Below, piece after piece: positions 13,832 through 26,259 of a DNA stretch of 64,000 bases. The translations under genes were made by a program, and so were the position numbers. How positions within the stretch are numbered: the stretch's first letter is position 1; every line of letters begins with the position of its first letter. The notes beneath the pieces are model-generated. The model did no database searches and was not told where the DNA came from. It saw only the letters and a program-made list of their open reading frames with translations. This DNA comes from Octopus vulgaris. Lineage: Eukaryota. The DNA lies in the NCBI GenBank assembly GCA_951406725.2, contig OX597821.1:26722001-26786000 (forward strand), written 5' to 3'.

Positions 13832-13832
<1 letters not shown>
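13535..13832 (+). mobile_element. tRNA-derived SINE, family C head with alternative tail
   Basis: GCAATGGCCCAGTGGTTAGGGCAGCGGACTCGCGGTCGTAGGATCGCGGTTTCGATT matches the 4923-5314 head. Confidence 0.85.
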
Positions 13833-13884
<52 letters not shown>

Positions 13885-14033
13885 GTTAAAAAAAAAACAC
13901 AAACTGGGACAAGAACGTGAAACATTTTGAAGACGACAGAAAAACACACAGACGGAACTTTCGAGAGCTCTCAGTCATCAGTCAAGAACCAGATCATCTT
14001 CGCAATTTCGGCTGATTAATCTTATATATATAT

Positions 14034-14365
14034 AAGGCAAATAAGAAAATGGAGGGGATAAACAATCGACAAACATGAGTCTGTAAACATTCAATGATAT
14101 CTATTTATTAATTGATTAAAGTCATGTGTAAGTGATCCAAATAAATAAATGAAATAAGCAAATAAATAAATATATAAATAAAAATAAACGAATAAGAATA
14201 TTCTTATCCGTTTATTTTTATTTATATATTTATTTATTTGCTTCGTTCATTCATTTATTTGGATCACTTACGCATGATTTTAATCAATTAATAAACAGAT
14301 ATAACTGAATGTTTATAGGCTGATGTTTGTCGATTGCTTACCCTCTCCATTTTCTTATTTGCCTT
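14034..14365. repeat. Spacerless palindrome (166-bp arms)
   Basis: Centre AAGAAT|ATTCTT at 14199/14200; about 15 mismatches between arms by eye. Confidence 0.95.
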
Positions 14366-14536
14366 GTAAATCCTGCGTAAATTTCTGATTTACCCCCACC
14401 CATACCTAGTATTCAATTGCGATATTGCCCTACAAAAGTAAGCACTTGGATATAAATACGTAGTTATACAGCCAGTGGTATATTGGACATTTAATATCCC
14501 TCAGATGGTTACATAACGTCTAATGTAGACTATACG

Positions 14537-14608
<72 letters not shown>

Positions 14609-14829
14609 TATACATACATACATACATACATACATACATGCATACATACATACTTACTTATAAATATATTTATATATATATATATATATACATAAATCAT
14701 ATACTTATGTATACATCTTCGTTGATGTACGCAATTGTACATATATATGATATATACATATACATATGGTGGTTGTCTACTTCTTATGCAGAGCTTCACC
14801 CGCCTCCTGTACCTACACCTTAGCATCAT

Positions 14830-15375
14830 CATGGCATCTGATGTGTGCTTTTTTTTTAACCAGACAATGCTCTGAAAAGAGACCCACATAGATTGGCCAA
14901 CCGATTTGGACCACCAAGAGCTGCAGATATCTACTGATCTTTGTAGAACTTAAAATGTCTTTTGAGGCCTCCGTTAGATTTGCAAACCTTCTGGCATACA
15001 CTGCATTCAAAGGCGTGCACAGACATATAGGCAGAATAGTTGGTGGAGGTTCGTTTTCCATGAGTTCGCAAATGAGATTTGAGCCCAGCAAAAGAAAGGC
15101 AAACTGTGCACACAAGAAGGGCATTGTCATATAGCTTCTCGATCGTAACATTCTTCCTTAGTTCTCATGCCTTATCCTTATATGCCTTATTCTGGCCTCT
15201 TCAAATGCTTTCACTCCACACCATACTTTCGTTCGCCATCCAACTCGATCCGAAGCAAGGGTTTCTATGTTTTCTGTATCCATTCCAAGTGACTGCAAAG
15301 TAGTCCTTATGCCGTCCTTAAACCTTGTTTTAAGTTTACTCCGATAGCGTTTCCCCTCTGCAAGCTCACCATATA
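14830..15375 (-). mobile_element. 5'-truncated RTE-clade LINE, 3' end
   Basis: YGELAEGKRYRSKLKTRFKD...LASDRVGWRTKV, typical of the RTE ORF C-terminus, followed by C2H2 fingers (CLSFAGLKSHLRTH; CSVCQKVCKSNGGLKRH). Confidence 0.85.
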
Positions 15376-16161
15376 TACACATACATTACATACATACATA
15401 GATACATACATACATACACACGTACATACGTTCATATATTTTCCCCCTGGTTAAAGCCAAAGCAACATGTCTTACGCAGCACAGTAGACGAATTATATCA
15501 CGTATTTAAGAATTCGATTTCCAATTACAGACAAATTTATGGCTTTCTTTCCGAAAAATTGCAAGCTGTGACTGAAAGAAATTAGAGGCAGAGGAAAAAT
15601 GTCAATAAATGAAACTATAATGTGCTACATTCATGTCACGTGACGTGGAATCAAACAAAATCTCTGGAAAGCTGTAAATTTATGAATGGTTTTGTATAAC
15701 TTGCGTATTCAAATTCAACATATAAAATGGCTTGGTCAACGTGAAATTGGAATCGAATCGAAATTTAAATTGAAATGTTATTTTCATAATAATCAATAAA
15801 TGTCTAACAAGGAATAATCGTTCATTTAGTCTAAATAACTGCTAAAATCGAAATGCACTCTTTAAAACTTGCGCTAAGAATAAGTACAAGGTAAAATTAC
15901 TATTTACCTTTATAGCAAATTGATGCAGGTAGTTTATCTTATCCTCATCCGACTTTTAGTTCATGCAATTGAAAAAAAAACCAGTATTATTTATGAGATG
16001 ACCCAATATATATATTGCAATGAAGGCACTCAGTAAGAGCGAAAAAAATCGTATGTTTGTAAACAAACATTTTTACATTATCTTCTTTAATTAAATTTAA
16101 TTAAAGTATTTTACATTGTGTTAAACTTGTCTAAATCACAATGTATTGTTTTGAGTGAGAC

Positions 16162-16760
16162 GTTTTGCAATATTTTGGTAACTTATTTGCATTATTCGTC
16201 AAGTTACAACAAAACAGCTTCGCATTCAAAATAGAGGCCATTGTACTGTGCTGTCTGAAGCCACCTTTCTGCCACCTTTCCGTCTCACGCTGTTACCAGT
16301 TCATTTCTTTGTAGGTGAAGCACTCCAGCACTGAAGTTTTCACATTCTCGTGGTTGATGAAGGGTTACGAGCGCAGGAAGTGAGTCATGCATCGTGTTTG
16401 CAAGTGGTTGTATGTGTACATACAACATACATACATGCATCTGTGGGAGCTATGTCTGGACCATAAGCTAGATGTCATGTCAGTTCAATTCGCTCAAGTT
16501 TCTGGAGTTTATACCACGTCGTTCGAGTGGTGTGAGACCTCGCGTAGTCTTGCTAGAGAAGAGGTCACTTTCTGGTAACCTATGCCAAGTATTTTCTCCG
16601 CACAATGTCACATATGTATTCCAGATGTTCAAGGCTGCCATCGAGGCTTCGTCTATCCGAAACGAACACGTAGTGATTAATTCTCCTCATAACTCTACCA
16701 TGTGCTGAACATTACTTTCTGTTTAATATGCCCATGTTTAGCGACATATTCTGGATTCCC
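16162..16760 (-). mobile_element. Mariner transposase relic (C-terminal half) with 3' terminus
   Basis: Hand translation: QKVMFSTW...QDYARSH...HLAYGPDIAPTD...NGLYFE, matching mariner KVML/QDNARPH/YSPDLAPSD motifs; many stops. Confidence 0.8.
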
Positions 16761-16804
16761 TTGCTTAACCACTCCTTAAGAACTTTAGGACTGTGGAAAA
16801 ATAA

Positions 16805-17049
16805 CTCGCCAGATTATTACTTTTTACGATCCACTGCTCACTTCTTGCGCTCGCGACGCTCATCAATCAAGTGGTAGTGGAAGATTCAGTGAAGGAGTTC
16901 TTCGCTTCGAAGGATAAAAACTGGTGTCATAGAACTAGTAGTCAAGTGGTTTCGGACAGTGAAACACAATGGTCTCTTCTTTGAATGCTAGGCTGATTTT
17001 TATATAATTTGACGAATAATGCAAATAAGTTACTAAAATATTGCAAAAC
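16805..17049 (+). mobile_element. Second mariner 3'-end relic, opposite orientation
   Basis: SPDYYFLRSTAHFLRSRR...VKEFFASKDKNW...KWFRTVKHNGLFFEC*; the last ~105 bp are an inverted repeat of 16162-16266. Confidence 0.8.
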
Positions 17050-17112
17050 TTAATAGTATCTATCTAACTGTCTGTGCTGGAGGACAAACAGAAATATACA
17101 CTTAGATATGGG

Positions 17113-17181
<69 letters not shown>

Positions 17182-17449
17182 TTACCTATATGTATATTTC
17201 TTCACCTGCTTTTTGCATGCATTCATCTTCTAGAGAAAGTTTCTTAGTTTACTTTGCATTTACCCGTTTTGACACATCTTGATAACGTTATAACGTCATG
17301 TTAGCATATATTTTCTGCCATATTAATTCAACTGGTATTTTATATCTCTTTTATATATCTAAATATGCTGGCACAATATAAACCATCTTCGATAATATGT
17401 GGTGTAATTAACCAATAAAGATTGATTTTCTCCATTCTTATTCTTGTTG

Positions 17450-17485
<36 letters not shown>

Positions 17486-17491
17486 CAACAC

Positions 17492-17524
<33 letters not shown>

Positions 17525-17536
17525 TTATACATATAT

Positions 17537-17597
<61 letters not shown>

Positions 17598-17631
17598 ATA
17601 TACTACATATACACATACATATATACATACA

Positions 17632-17667
<36 letters not shown>

Positions 17668-17679
17668 GTATATATATAT

Positions 17680-17725
<46 letters not shown>

Positions 17726-17754
17726 CATATATACATACATATATACATACATAT

Positions 17755-17804
<50 letters not shown>

Positions 17805-17845
17805 CAATAACTATATAATAATATAACATGATAATAATATATATA

Positions 17846-18226
17846 CTCCGATTTAAAGCGAATTTTTTAAATATGTACTATTGACTGAAAAAATGATCAG
17901 CTAACCAAGAACCTACATATCAACACGTATATGGTTCCATGTTCATCCGATTGGACCAAACGCTCACCCATCAATTTCTCCCAAATTTTATGAATATATA
18001 CTTTAACTGTTCAATACTATATATAATATTCGTGCACAAACCCCTAGTATTGAACAGTTAATGTATATATCTATGAAATTTGGCGGAAATTGATGGGTGA
18101 GTTTTTGGCCCAATCAGATGCGCAAGAAGCCATGTTAGCGTTGATATGCGGGTTCGATTCTGGGCAGGGTTAGCTCATAATTTTTCAGTCAATTGCTTAT
18201 GTAAAAGATGTCGCTTTAAACCGGAG
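17846..18226. mobile_element. Fold-back MITE, Tc1/mariner-type
   Basis: TA|CTCCGATTTAAAGCGA ... TCGCTTTAAACCGGAG|TA; long imperfect arms around a ~25-bp spacer; TA TSD. Confidence 0.8.
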
Positions 18227-18340
18227 TATATAAATATATACTATTATTATTATGATAGATCATTATATAATTATTATTGTACTAAGAGACTTCCAAAGTG
18301 ATTCTATGCCCGTAATTTACAAAACCGAGTTTGTTTACAA

Positions 18341-18399
<59 letters not shown>

Positions 18400-19112
18400 T
18401 ATATATACATACATACACACACATGCACGCACACACACACGCACATACACACACACACAAACCCACACACACGCACACATGTGAAGCGCTTCTTTCAGCT
18501 ACCGTCGGCTAAAATCTCTTGGTTGTCTCAGGACTCTTGTGCGAGGCAGTGGGACTGAACCCTGATTCGAGTGGTCAGGAAGCAAATTTCTTCTCGAAAA
18601 ATCCACACCTTTCTGTATGTATAGCTGTTTAGAAGTTGTGTGTCCAAGTGTGTGTGTGTATGTAAGCGTGTTTGTGTGTGTGTCTCTGTGTGTATGTGTT
18701 TGTGAGTGGTTGTATGTGTGCATACGACATACATATATACAACGACATTGAATATCACAATCATTTTTTTTCTGATGATCTGTTATGCAGGTTCGCAATA
18801 ATGTTCTATGATATTAACGATATTAAGTGATATAAGTGATTTCCACATGTGATACTAATAAATCAGTTGTAGGCGTTTGAGTTAGAGCACTAGTAGGTCA
18901 TTCTGTCTGCTGTACGTTGCATTTGTATTCCCTAAGTGCATTGTAAGTTAATGGAACAGCTTGTTACAAGTAAGCCCATATAAAGACTTAATACACGATC
19001 TATATAATTGCTATCACTACTGACTGTCGTGATATATTTAACAAAAATGCTATTCAATCTAGATCTGTCTTCAATGTGAATGCACTACGAAATTTGCAAA
19101 CGAAGCAATATA

Positions 19113-19345
19113 CAGGGATGGCCAAAACTCAACCGGCAGTAAATTAAAATTCCATAAATACTATCTGTAATCCTATATTGACTCGAATGGAAAAGAGTGT
19201 CGCTCAAGAAGGACTTCAGTTTGAACAATTTTCATGATGTTTCGTATTCAGATGCTTTTATTAAATTCATTCAGTTGTTAAACATAAATAAATCTTGGAA
19301 TTAAATGATTTTGATTTACTGTCAGGTGACTTTTGGCCAACACTG
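19113..19345. mobile_element. Tc1-like MITE
   Basis: TA|CAGGGATGGCCAAAACTC ... GACTTTTGGCCAACACTG|TA; CAG...CTG termini and TA TSD. Confidence 0.8.
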
Positions 19346-19633
19346 TATATAGGTATATTTATATAATACATACACATACGCACCCGCACGCGCGCGCGCA
19401 CAAACGGTTAGATTAATGGCATGTACTGACTTTCCGACTCGTAGTTTTGACATAGATTATACCTCTCTATGGTTTTACAGTAAAAGCAAGAAATAACTAA
19501 TTCTTACTTGATATATTTCATTTCGCTTAACTAAATGATTATCTTGATTTATATACATATACATACACATATATATGTATACATAAATATATATGCTTAT
19601 TCTATAAGTATATATATATGTATATATGTATAT

Positions 19634-19674
<41 letters not shown>

Positions 19675-19787
19675 TGTATGCATGTATGTATATATATATC
19701 TATATTTATATCTATCTATCTCTTTCTTTCTCTCTCTCTCTCTCTCTCTTTCACACACACACACACACACACATACACACACACACA

Positions 19788-19839
<52 letters not shown>

Positions 19840-20929
19840 TATAATGAATTTGTCAATTTTGTAATGAGATTTCAGTTTCTCTAGTATATAGGTTTTTTTT
19901 CTTTTTTGTCATTGAATCGTTCTATTATAGAGATTAATTGTTTTATTATTAAGTTCTTCATTGACTTCATATCATTTTCTCTGTCACTGTAAAAAGATAA
20001 AATATAAAAATAAATAAATAAAAACAAAATGGAGTAAAATAAGATAATGCTTGAAGTGTTTCTTATCTCAATGTGTTAGAATTTCTATTATTTATAGCTT
20101 TAAATGTCATAAAGTAGCGACACCGTAGTTGTTGTTAGTATTGTTGTTTGTTAGTATTGATATTTTGGTTATTGTTGTAGATGCTGTCGCCTTTGCTACA
20201 AGTTGTTGTTGTTGTTGTTGTTTGTGGTGGTGATGTTGTTTTTGTTATTGTCGGAAACAAGATAGATGCTAAACATTGAGACGTGATATCAAAAGGATAT
20301 TGTAGTGTTTTGCTTCTGAATCTGGTGCAATGTAATTTATTGTTGTATAGCGGAGAAATAATGTAGGTTACTGTTGTATGTTATACCATAATAACAAACC
20401 AGGAACACTAATGCTTTTACTACTATTAATAGTGTAATAGCGGCATCTGATTTAGTTAGAAAGTAAGCGTATGGAGAAGAGTTGTTTTGTCGCTTCTATC
20501 GACTCCCAGTGCTTGAATGATATTTTATTTCATTAGACCACGAAAAGCAAAGCAAAGCAAAGTTGGTCTCAGCGGAATTAAATCTACCATCCAGCTTTCT
20601 GGGCCAATAAACTATGATAGCAGTTAGCGATTGGGATTGATGGTATCGAATACTGCTTTCATCAAAATTGCTGACCTTGTACCTCAATTAGAAAATGTTA
20701 GTATTCAAAACTATTGTATGCTAATTTAATTAATATGTATGTGTTTTGATGACAAGACGCCTCCTCAAATCACAGGAATGTTTTTTAAGATACTCGCAGA
20801 ATATAGAATAATGCTTTTCTGCCGGCCGACAACAAATGTCTAAATTCCAGTATCCTTCAAACTCTGACGTAGTAGTATGGGTATTGTGTGAAATGAAACA
20901 ATGACCGCAAGAATAATAGTAATCTTAGT

Positions 20930-21720
20930 CTCCCACAGTCACTTTGTCTCTCTGGCTAGGTTCTGATTGTTCTCCAATTTCACAATTCCTTTGATATCTT
21001 CTCTGTTTTTCAAATGGTATTGCAAAGTCTATGACCTTACACGATTTGCTTTTTTGTTCCCCTATGATCATACCTTGTCTATTTTCTCCGGCAATATGGT
21101 TAGCCATTGTGGATATATCCTTTGAAATCATGTAATTATTAAGTATCATCACAGCTTCTGGTTCATGTTGATACCACTTTCTGCTCGAACTTATTCAGGC
21201 TCTTTAATTACTGCTGAGGACAACGTTTGCTTTCATCTATTCTAGTTCAATAAAATAAATATCACTGAAGCCCTATGGGTGATGGAATCGACGAAACTCT
21301 TCCCCCAAAATTTTAGGACTTGTTCTTATTGTAGAAGACAGGGCCAGTTGTTTCGCCTGTCTATAACTGTCAGCTCTTTCAGGGAGTCATCCTCATCATA
21401 TAAGGTGCAGCCTTTAGGCGAACAATCAAAGTACATATATGGAGTATGCGTGGTCGATAACGTTTACAATACTAGCACTGCTTCTAGTTTATATTAGAAA
21501 TTCTTCTTAGGTTTTTTCATCGTCCTAGCAGACAAGCAAATGGTTTTTACGCTATTTCTGTTCGATTATAGACTGGCGATTCAGTTCACCTCCGATTCGG
21601 TTTAAGTATGTGTTGCTGATAAGTGACAAAAAATAGTGAATTGTCGATGTCCATCGCACTTGAATGGGAGCTGGGGTGAGTTGCGTCACCTGACCATGAT
21701 TTTTCAGGGGTTTTAACAGC
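20930..21720 (-). mobile_element. Highly decayed R4/Dong-like (RLE-type) non-LTR fragment
   Basis: NHLL..DD.K (RT) and WYQHEPEAV...NRQGMII...CKVIDFAIP (restriction-like endonuclease region). Confidence 0.65.
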
Positions 21721-21990
21721 CAGCTGCTAACTGCAACCCACTGGCAAAGAAGTAAACGACATACCTTGAATGTGTGTTCGATGTATTTGTTAAAGTCCTT
21801 TGACTGCAGCCATGTTGGAGCACCGCATTTTTAGTCGAGCAAATCGACTCCAGGACTTATTATTTGTAAGCCTAGTGCTTATTCTATCGGTTTCTTTTGC
21901 CGAATCGCTAAGTTATGGCAACAGACGAGAATGTATTGTTGCTCTTCGCTCCGACATACGGTACTCTGAGTACTATAATGACAACTTTTT

Positions 21991-22034
<44 letters not shown>

Positions 22035-22204
22035 GGAGCAGATAATTCACGAGAAAAATTATTATTCACGAAAAAAATGATATGCAAAGATATTATTGAC
22101 TCTGTTATTATCTACTGTAACAATTTGAAAATCATAATAACATTGAATAATATAGGCGACTGCAGTCCCCTGAAAAGCGAAATTAATCAAAGGACATACT
22201 AAAT

Positions 22205-22533
22205 ATGTCTACCTGCTTGAAGTAACAATCAAAACTATTATTTAAATCACCAAAATACACTGATAATGACTACATAAATCAACCGTTCCAAGGCAAACGG
22301 GCTAACACAATCTCTCGGCATTCATTCAAGTATTTGGATTCACGTGATCGCCGAGGAACTTGAGGCTATTATGCCAGTCCAGAAAGTGATCCACGTGAGA
22401 TCAAATACTTGAATGCAAGCTGAGAGATTGTGTTAGCCTGTTTGCCTTGGAACGGTTGATTTCTGTAGTTATTATCAGTGTATTTTGGCGATTTAAATAA
22501 TAGTTTTGATTGTTACTTCAAGCAGGTGAACAT
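22205..22533. repeat. Long inverted repeat (~145-bp arms, ~35-bp spacer) inside an element bounded by (TA)n
   Basis: ACCTGCTTGAAGTAACAATC... / ...GATTGTTACTTCAAGCAGGT; about 10 mismatches by eye. Confidence 0.95.
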
Positions 22534-22538
22534 AAGTA

Positions 22539-22606
<68 letters not shown>

Positions 22607-22610
22607 AGCA

Positions 22611-22657
22611 AAAACTGTCCGATGAACGGCAACGGGAAACTCAGAGTAACAGGTTTT
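22611..22657 (+). ncRNA. Hammerhead-like motif (CCGAUGA core) in a short element within (TA)n
   Basis: AAAACTGT CCGATGA ACGGCAACGG GAAA CTC A GAG TA ACAGGTTTT: stems I and III intact, GUA triplet, stem II damaged. Confidence 0.5.
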
Positions 22658-22741
22658 GTTGAATTTTCTGCTGCTTTAATGTGAGTACTCTTTTTTTGAG
22701 TACTCTTTTTCCACCTTGTTTCACATTTATGTGTTTACTCC

Positions 22742-22814
<73 letters not shown>

Positions 22815-23489
22815 ATATATATACATATATACATATATCTGCTTGTCTGTATGTGTGCTTATATTATATTTCTATTTCAGTATACATAAATATTTATATA
22901 AATAGATACACCCTTACACCCACAAAATCGCGCGGGTACTCACACTTACGCGGGCATATATATTTTGTATAACAATGTAGAAAACAGTATTTATTTCTTT
23001 ATTGCCCAAAGGTGGGGGTGGGGAACAAACAAGGACTGACAAAGGAATTAAGCCGTTTACATCGACCCCAGCGCATTACTGATACTTATCTAATCGACCT
23101 CGAAAGAATGAAAGGCAAAGTCGACCGCGGTGGAATTTGAACTCACAGCGTAAAGACGGACGAAATGCCGCTAAGCCTTTTGCCCAGCATGCCAGCGTGC
23201 TAACGATTCAGTCAACTCGCCGCCCAGCGTAGAAAAGAGTTTTGTTGATGGAAATTCTACATGTTACCTCATGAATTTAATGCAGTATATTCTGTTCCAA
23301 TTAAGACCCATGTCTACCCTTTTTTTTTTTTATATAAATAGGAATAAAGCGAATCCAGGTACTCATTATGTGATGTCTCCTTTTGCAAAGTGGTAACTGT
23401 GTTTTGAAAGTGGTTTGACTGCTATTTCTAGTGTTAGCCTTACATTTAGTACTATACTTATCCTTAGGGTTGCTGCTATAAAACACGAC

Positions 23490-23709
23490 GACCACCACCA
23501 CCACATCACTATAATGGTAACAACAAACACAACAGTCCTCTTCCCCCTCCCCTCCTCCTCCACCTCCAACCCCTCCTTCTCCTCCTCCTCCACCTCCTCG
23601 CCCTCTACCACCACCTCGTCCCCCACCACCCCAGCTCCTCCTCCCCACCACCTCCTCCTCCCCCCTCCACCTCCGCCTCCCCCCCCTCCTCATGCTGCTG
23701 CTGCTGCTG

Positions 23710-23763
<54 letters not shown>

Positions 23764-23796
23764 TTACTACTCTACCACTGCTGCTGTTGCTGCTGT
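23490..23796. repeat. Compound trinucleotide low-complexity tract (CCA/CCT/GCT/ACT)
   Basis: Visible directly; explains the spurious poly-P/T/L/G ORFs. Confidence 0.95.
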
Positions 23797-24542
23797 AGCG
23801 GAAGCGTTATTGATGCAACTGAACTTGCAGTCGTCACAGTTATCATTCACAGTTGTTGGTGTTGTAGTCATTGGGTTTTTCATGTTGCTTTTGCATCATG
23901 CCGCTTCTCCAGCAGTTATCGTTCCTGTTGCAGTCGTTTGTGCAGCAGAGGCTGGTGTCATTAAATCGACAACGAATAACCTGACGTTAATCAGCTTTAC
24001 GACTTCCCTTCCACCACCCCCACCCCTACACCTTATCTTCATTTTCATCTTTTTCCTTAAAGCCTTCCTTCCTTCCTTCTGTCAGTTCCTCACCATAATC
24101 AAAATTTTCCCCTTCTCTCCTTCTCCTTCTCTGTCTCCACCCACCTTTACCTTTTACTCTTCATCGTCTTTTCAGTAATCTCTTTCAAACGCTCGCACTC
24201 TAAATACGAACGTTCGCCAGCTCTCCTCATCACTCCTCACTTCAACCCAACAACCTTCATCTCTAACATCCCATTTACTTAGTGCAACTACATGCAACCT
24301 CTCTACCGGTTTTCCATGCTGAATTCTATGGATTTTCTGATATTTATCTCTCTTTCGCTCGCCATGTAGTTCGTTATAGCTATTGTAATCAGTTTATCTC
24401 AAGATGTTCAGCACTGCGCATTAATGTGAGTCAAATCACTTTCCAGCTTCGTCATGGATTTAACAATTTGACTCCAATAAACTTATTGTTGATATTCTTT
24501 GGTAAAGATTAATGATTATACACAGCTTTCCACCCCTTCTTC

Positions 24543-24795
24543 GGAGGCGCGTGGCTTAGTGGTTAGGGTGTCAGCATCATGATCGTAAGATTGTGGTTTC
24601 GATTCCTGGACCGGGCGACGCGTTGTGTTCTTGAGCAAAACATTTCATTTCACGTTGCTCCAGTCCACTCAGCTGGCAAAAATGAGTAACGCTGCGATGG
24701 ACTGGCGTCCCGTCCAGCTGGGGAACACATACGCCTTCGAAACCGGGAAACCGGTCCCATGAGCCTGGCTAGGTTTTAAAAGGCCGCATTTATTT
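24543..24795 (+). mobile_element. tRNA-derived SINE, family D
   Basis: GGAGGCGCGTGGCTTAGTGGTTAGGG...GGTTTCGATTCC...GTGTTCTTGAGCAAAACA; related copies at ~26746-26959(-), ~30775-31050(+), ~33270-33550(+), ~63262-63490(-). Confidence 0.85.
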
Positions 24796-24798
24796 TGT

Positions 24799-25104
24799 GG
24801 AGGCACATGGCCTAGTGATTAGAGCAGCGGACTCGCGGTCGAGGGATCGCGGGTTCGAATCTTAGACCGAGTGATGTGTGTGTTTATGAGCGAAAGTACC
24901 TAATCTCCACGCGGCTCCGGCAGAAGGTAATGGCGAACTTCTGCTGACTCTTTCGCCACAACTTTCTCTCACTCTTTCCTCCTGCATCTTGCAGCTCACC
25001 TGCGACGGACCGGCGTCCCGTCCAGGTGGAGAACCTATACGCCAAGAAACCAGGAAAACGGCCCTTATGAGCCAGGTATGGCTCGAGAAGGAACAAACAA
25101 CAAC
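24799..25104 (+). mobile_element. tRNA-derived SINE, family C-like, directly behind the family D copy
   Basis: GGAGGCACATGGCCTAGTGATTAGAGCAGCGGACTCGCGGTCGAGGGATCGCGGGTTCGAATC; ends in ACAAACAACAAC. Confidence 0.85.
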
Positions 25105-25264
25105 CTCTTCCTCGCATTCCATTATATTTACCGCTTCAATCCGCACCCTCTGTCCTATACCACAACAAGATATGAAGAAACTTTCAAGGTTAGAAACTCT
25201 TTGGAGAAACCTGTATCACCGAAGATATAAATATATTCACAATTGAGAAAAATAACTGCATCTT

Positions 25265-25357
<93 letters not shown>

Positions 25358-25740
25358 ATATCCATCCATCCATCCATCCATCCATCCATCCATCCATCCA
25401 TTCATCCATCCATCCATCCATCCATCCGTCTATGTGTCTATCTGTCTGTCTAACTGTCTGTCTATCTATCTGTCTGTCTGTCTATCTATCTACCTATCTA
25501 TCTGTTCTATATATTTTAGCACCAGACCGACTCATGCCTTATAAGCGGATTTGGTGGAAAGAATCGGTACTGAATATATATATACATACACACATACATA
25601 AATACATACAAGCATGCACTCATACATACATACATACATACATACATACATACATACATACATACATACATACATACATACATACATACATACATACATA
25701 CATACATACATACAAATATACATACATACATAAATACATG
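25265..25740. repeat. Compound tetranucleotide microsatellites (TCTA/TCCA/TCTG/TACA)
   Basis: Visible directly. Confidence 0.97.
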
Positions 25741-25772
25741 TGTATGTAACTGTCATATTGTGTATATATAAA

Positions 25773-25990
25773 GGTGGCGAGCTGGCAGAATCGTTAGCAC
25801 ACCGGGCGAAATGCTTAGCAGTATTTTGTCTGTCGCTACATTCTGTGTTCAAATTCCGCCGAGGTCGACTTTGCCTTTTATCGTTTCGGGATCGATTAAA
25901 TAAGTACCAGTTACGCATTGGGGTCGATATAATCGACTTAATCCGTTTGTCCTCTCTGTGTTTAGCCCCTTTTGGGTATTAAAGAAATAG
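25773..25990 (+). mobile_element. SINE family A
   Basis: Full head-to-tail match to 2180-2410. Confidence 0.9.
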
Positions 25991-26054
25991 GTATTTCGTC
26001 TATTCCGTTGCCCCCAAATGTAAGGCCTTGTGCCTTTAGGAGAAAGGATTATGT

Positions 26055-26088
<34 letters not shown>

Positions 26089-26092
26089 CACG

Positions 26093-26173
<81 letters not shown>

Positions 26174-26259
26174 GAGAGAGAATAGTTAAGGTAAATTATT
26201 GTGTGATACTTCATTTGATAAACTGGTAAGATTAAACCTAAACAATTGCAAAATGTAAT

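Noticed and set aside
13945-13990. CTGATGA...GAAA...GTC hammerhead candidate on the minus strand
   Set aside because: Two extra bases before stem II, no stem III pairing and no stem I.
14034-14365. A-to-I editing signature fixed in the palindrome arms
   Set aside because: A/G differences run in both directions and the arm is A-rich; not distinguishable from ordinary transitions.
15635-15644. Palindromic E-box GTCACGTGAC
   Set aside because: Single motif with no identifiable promoter or gene start nearby.
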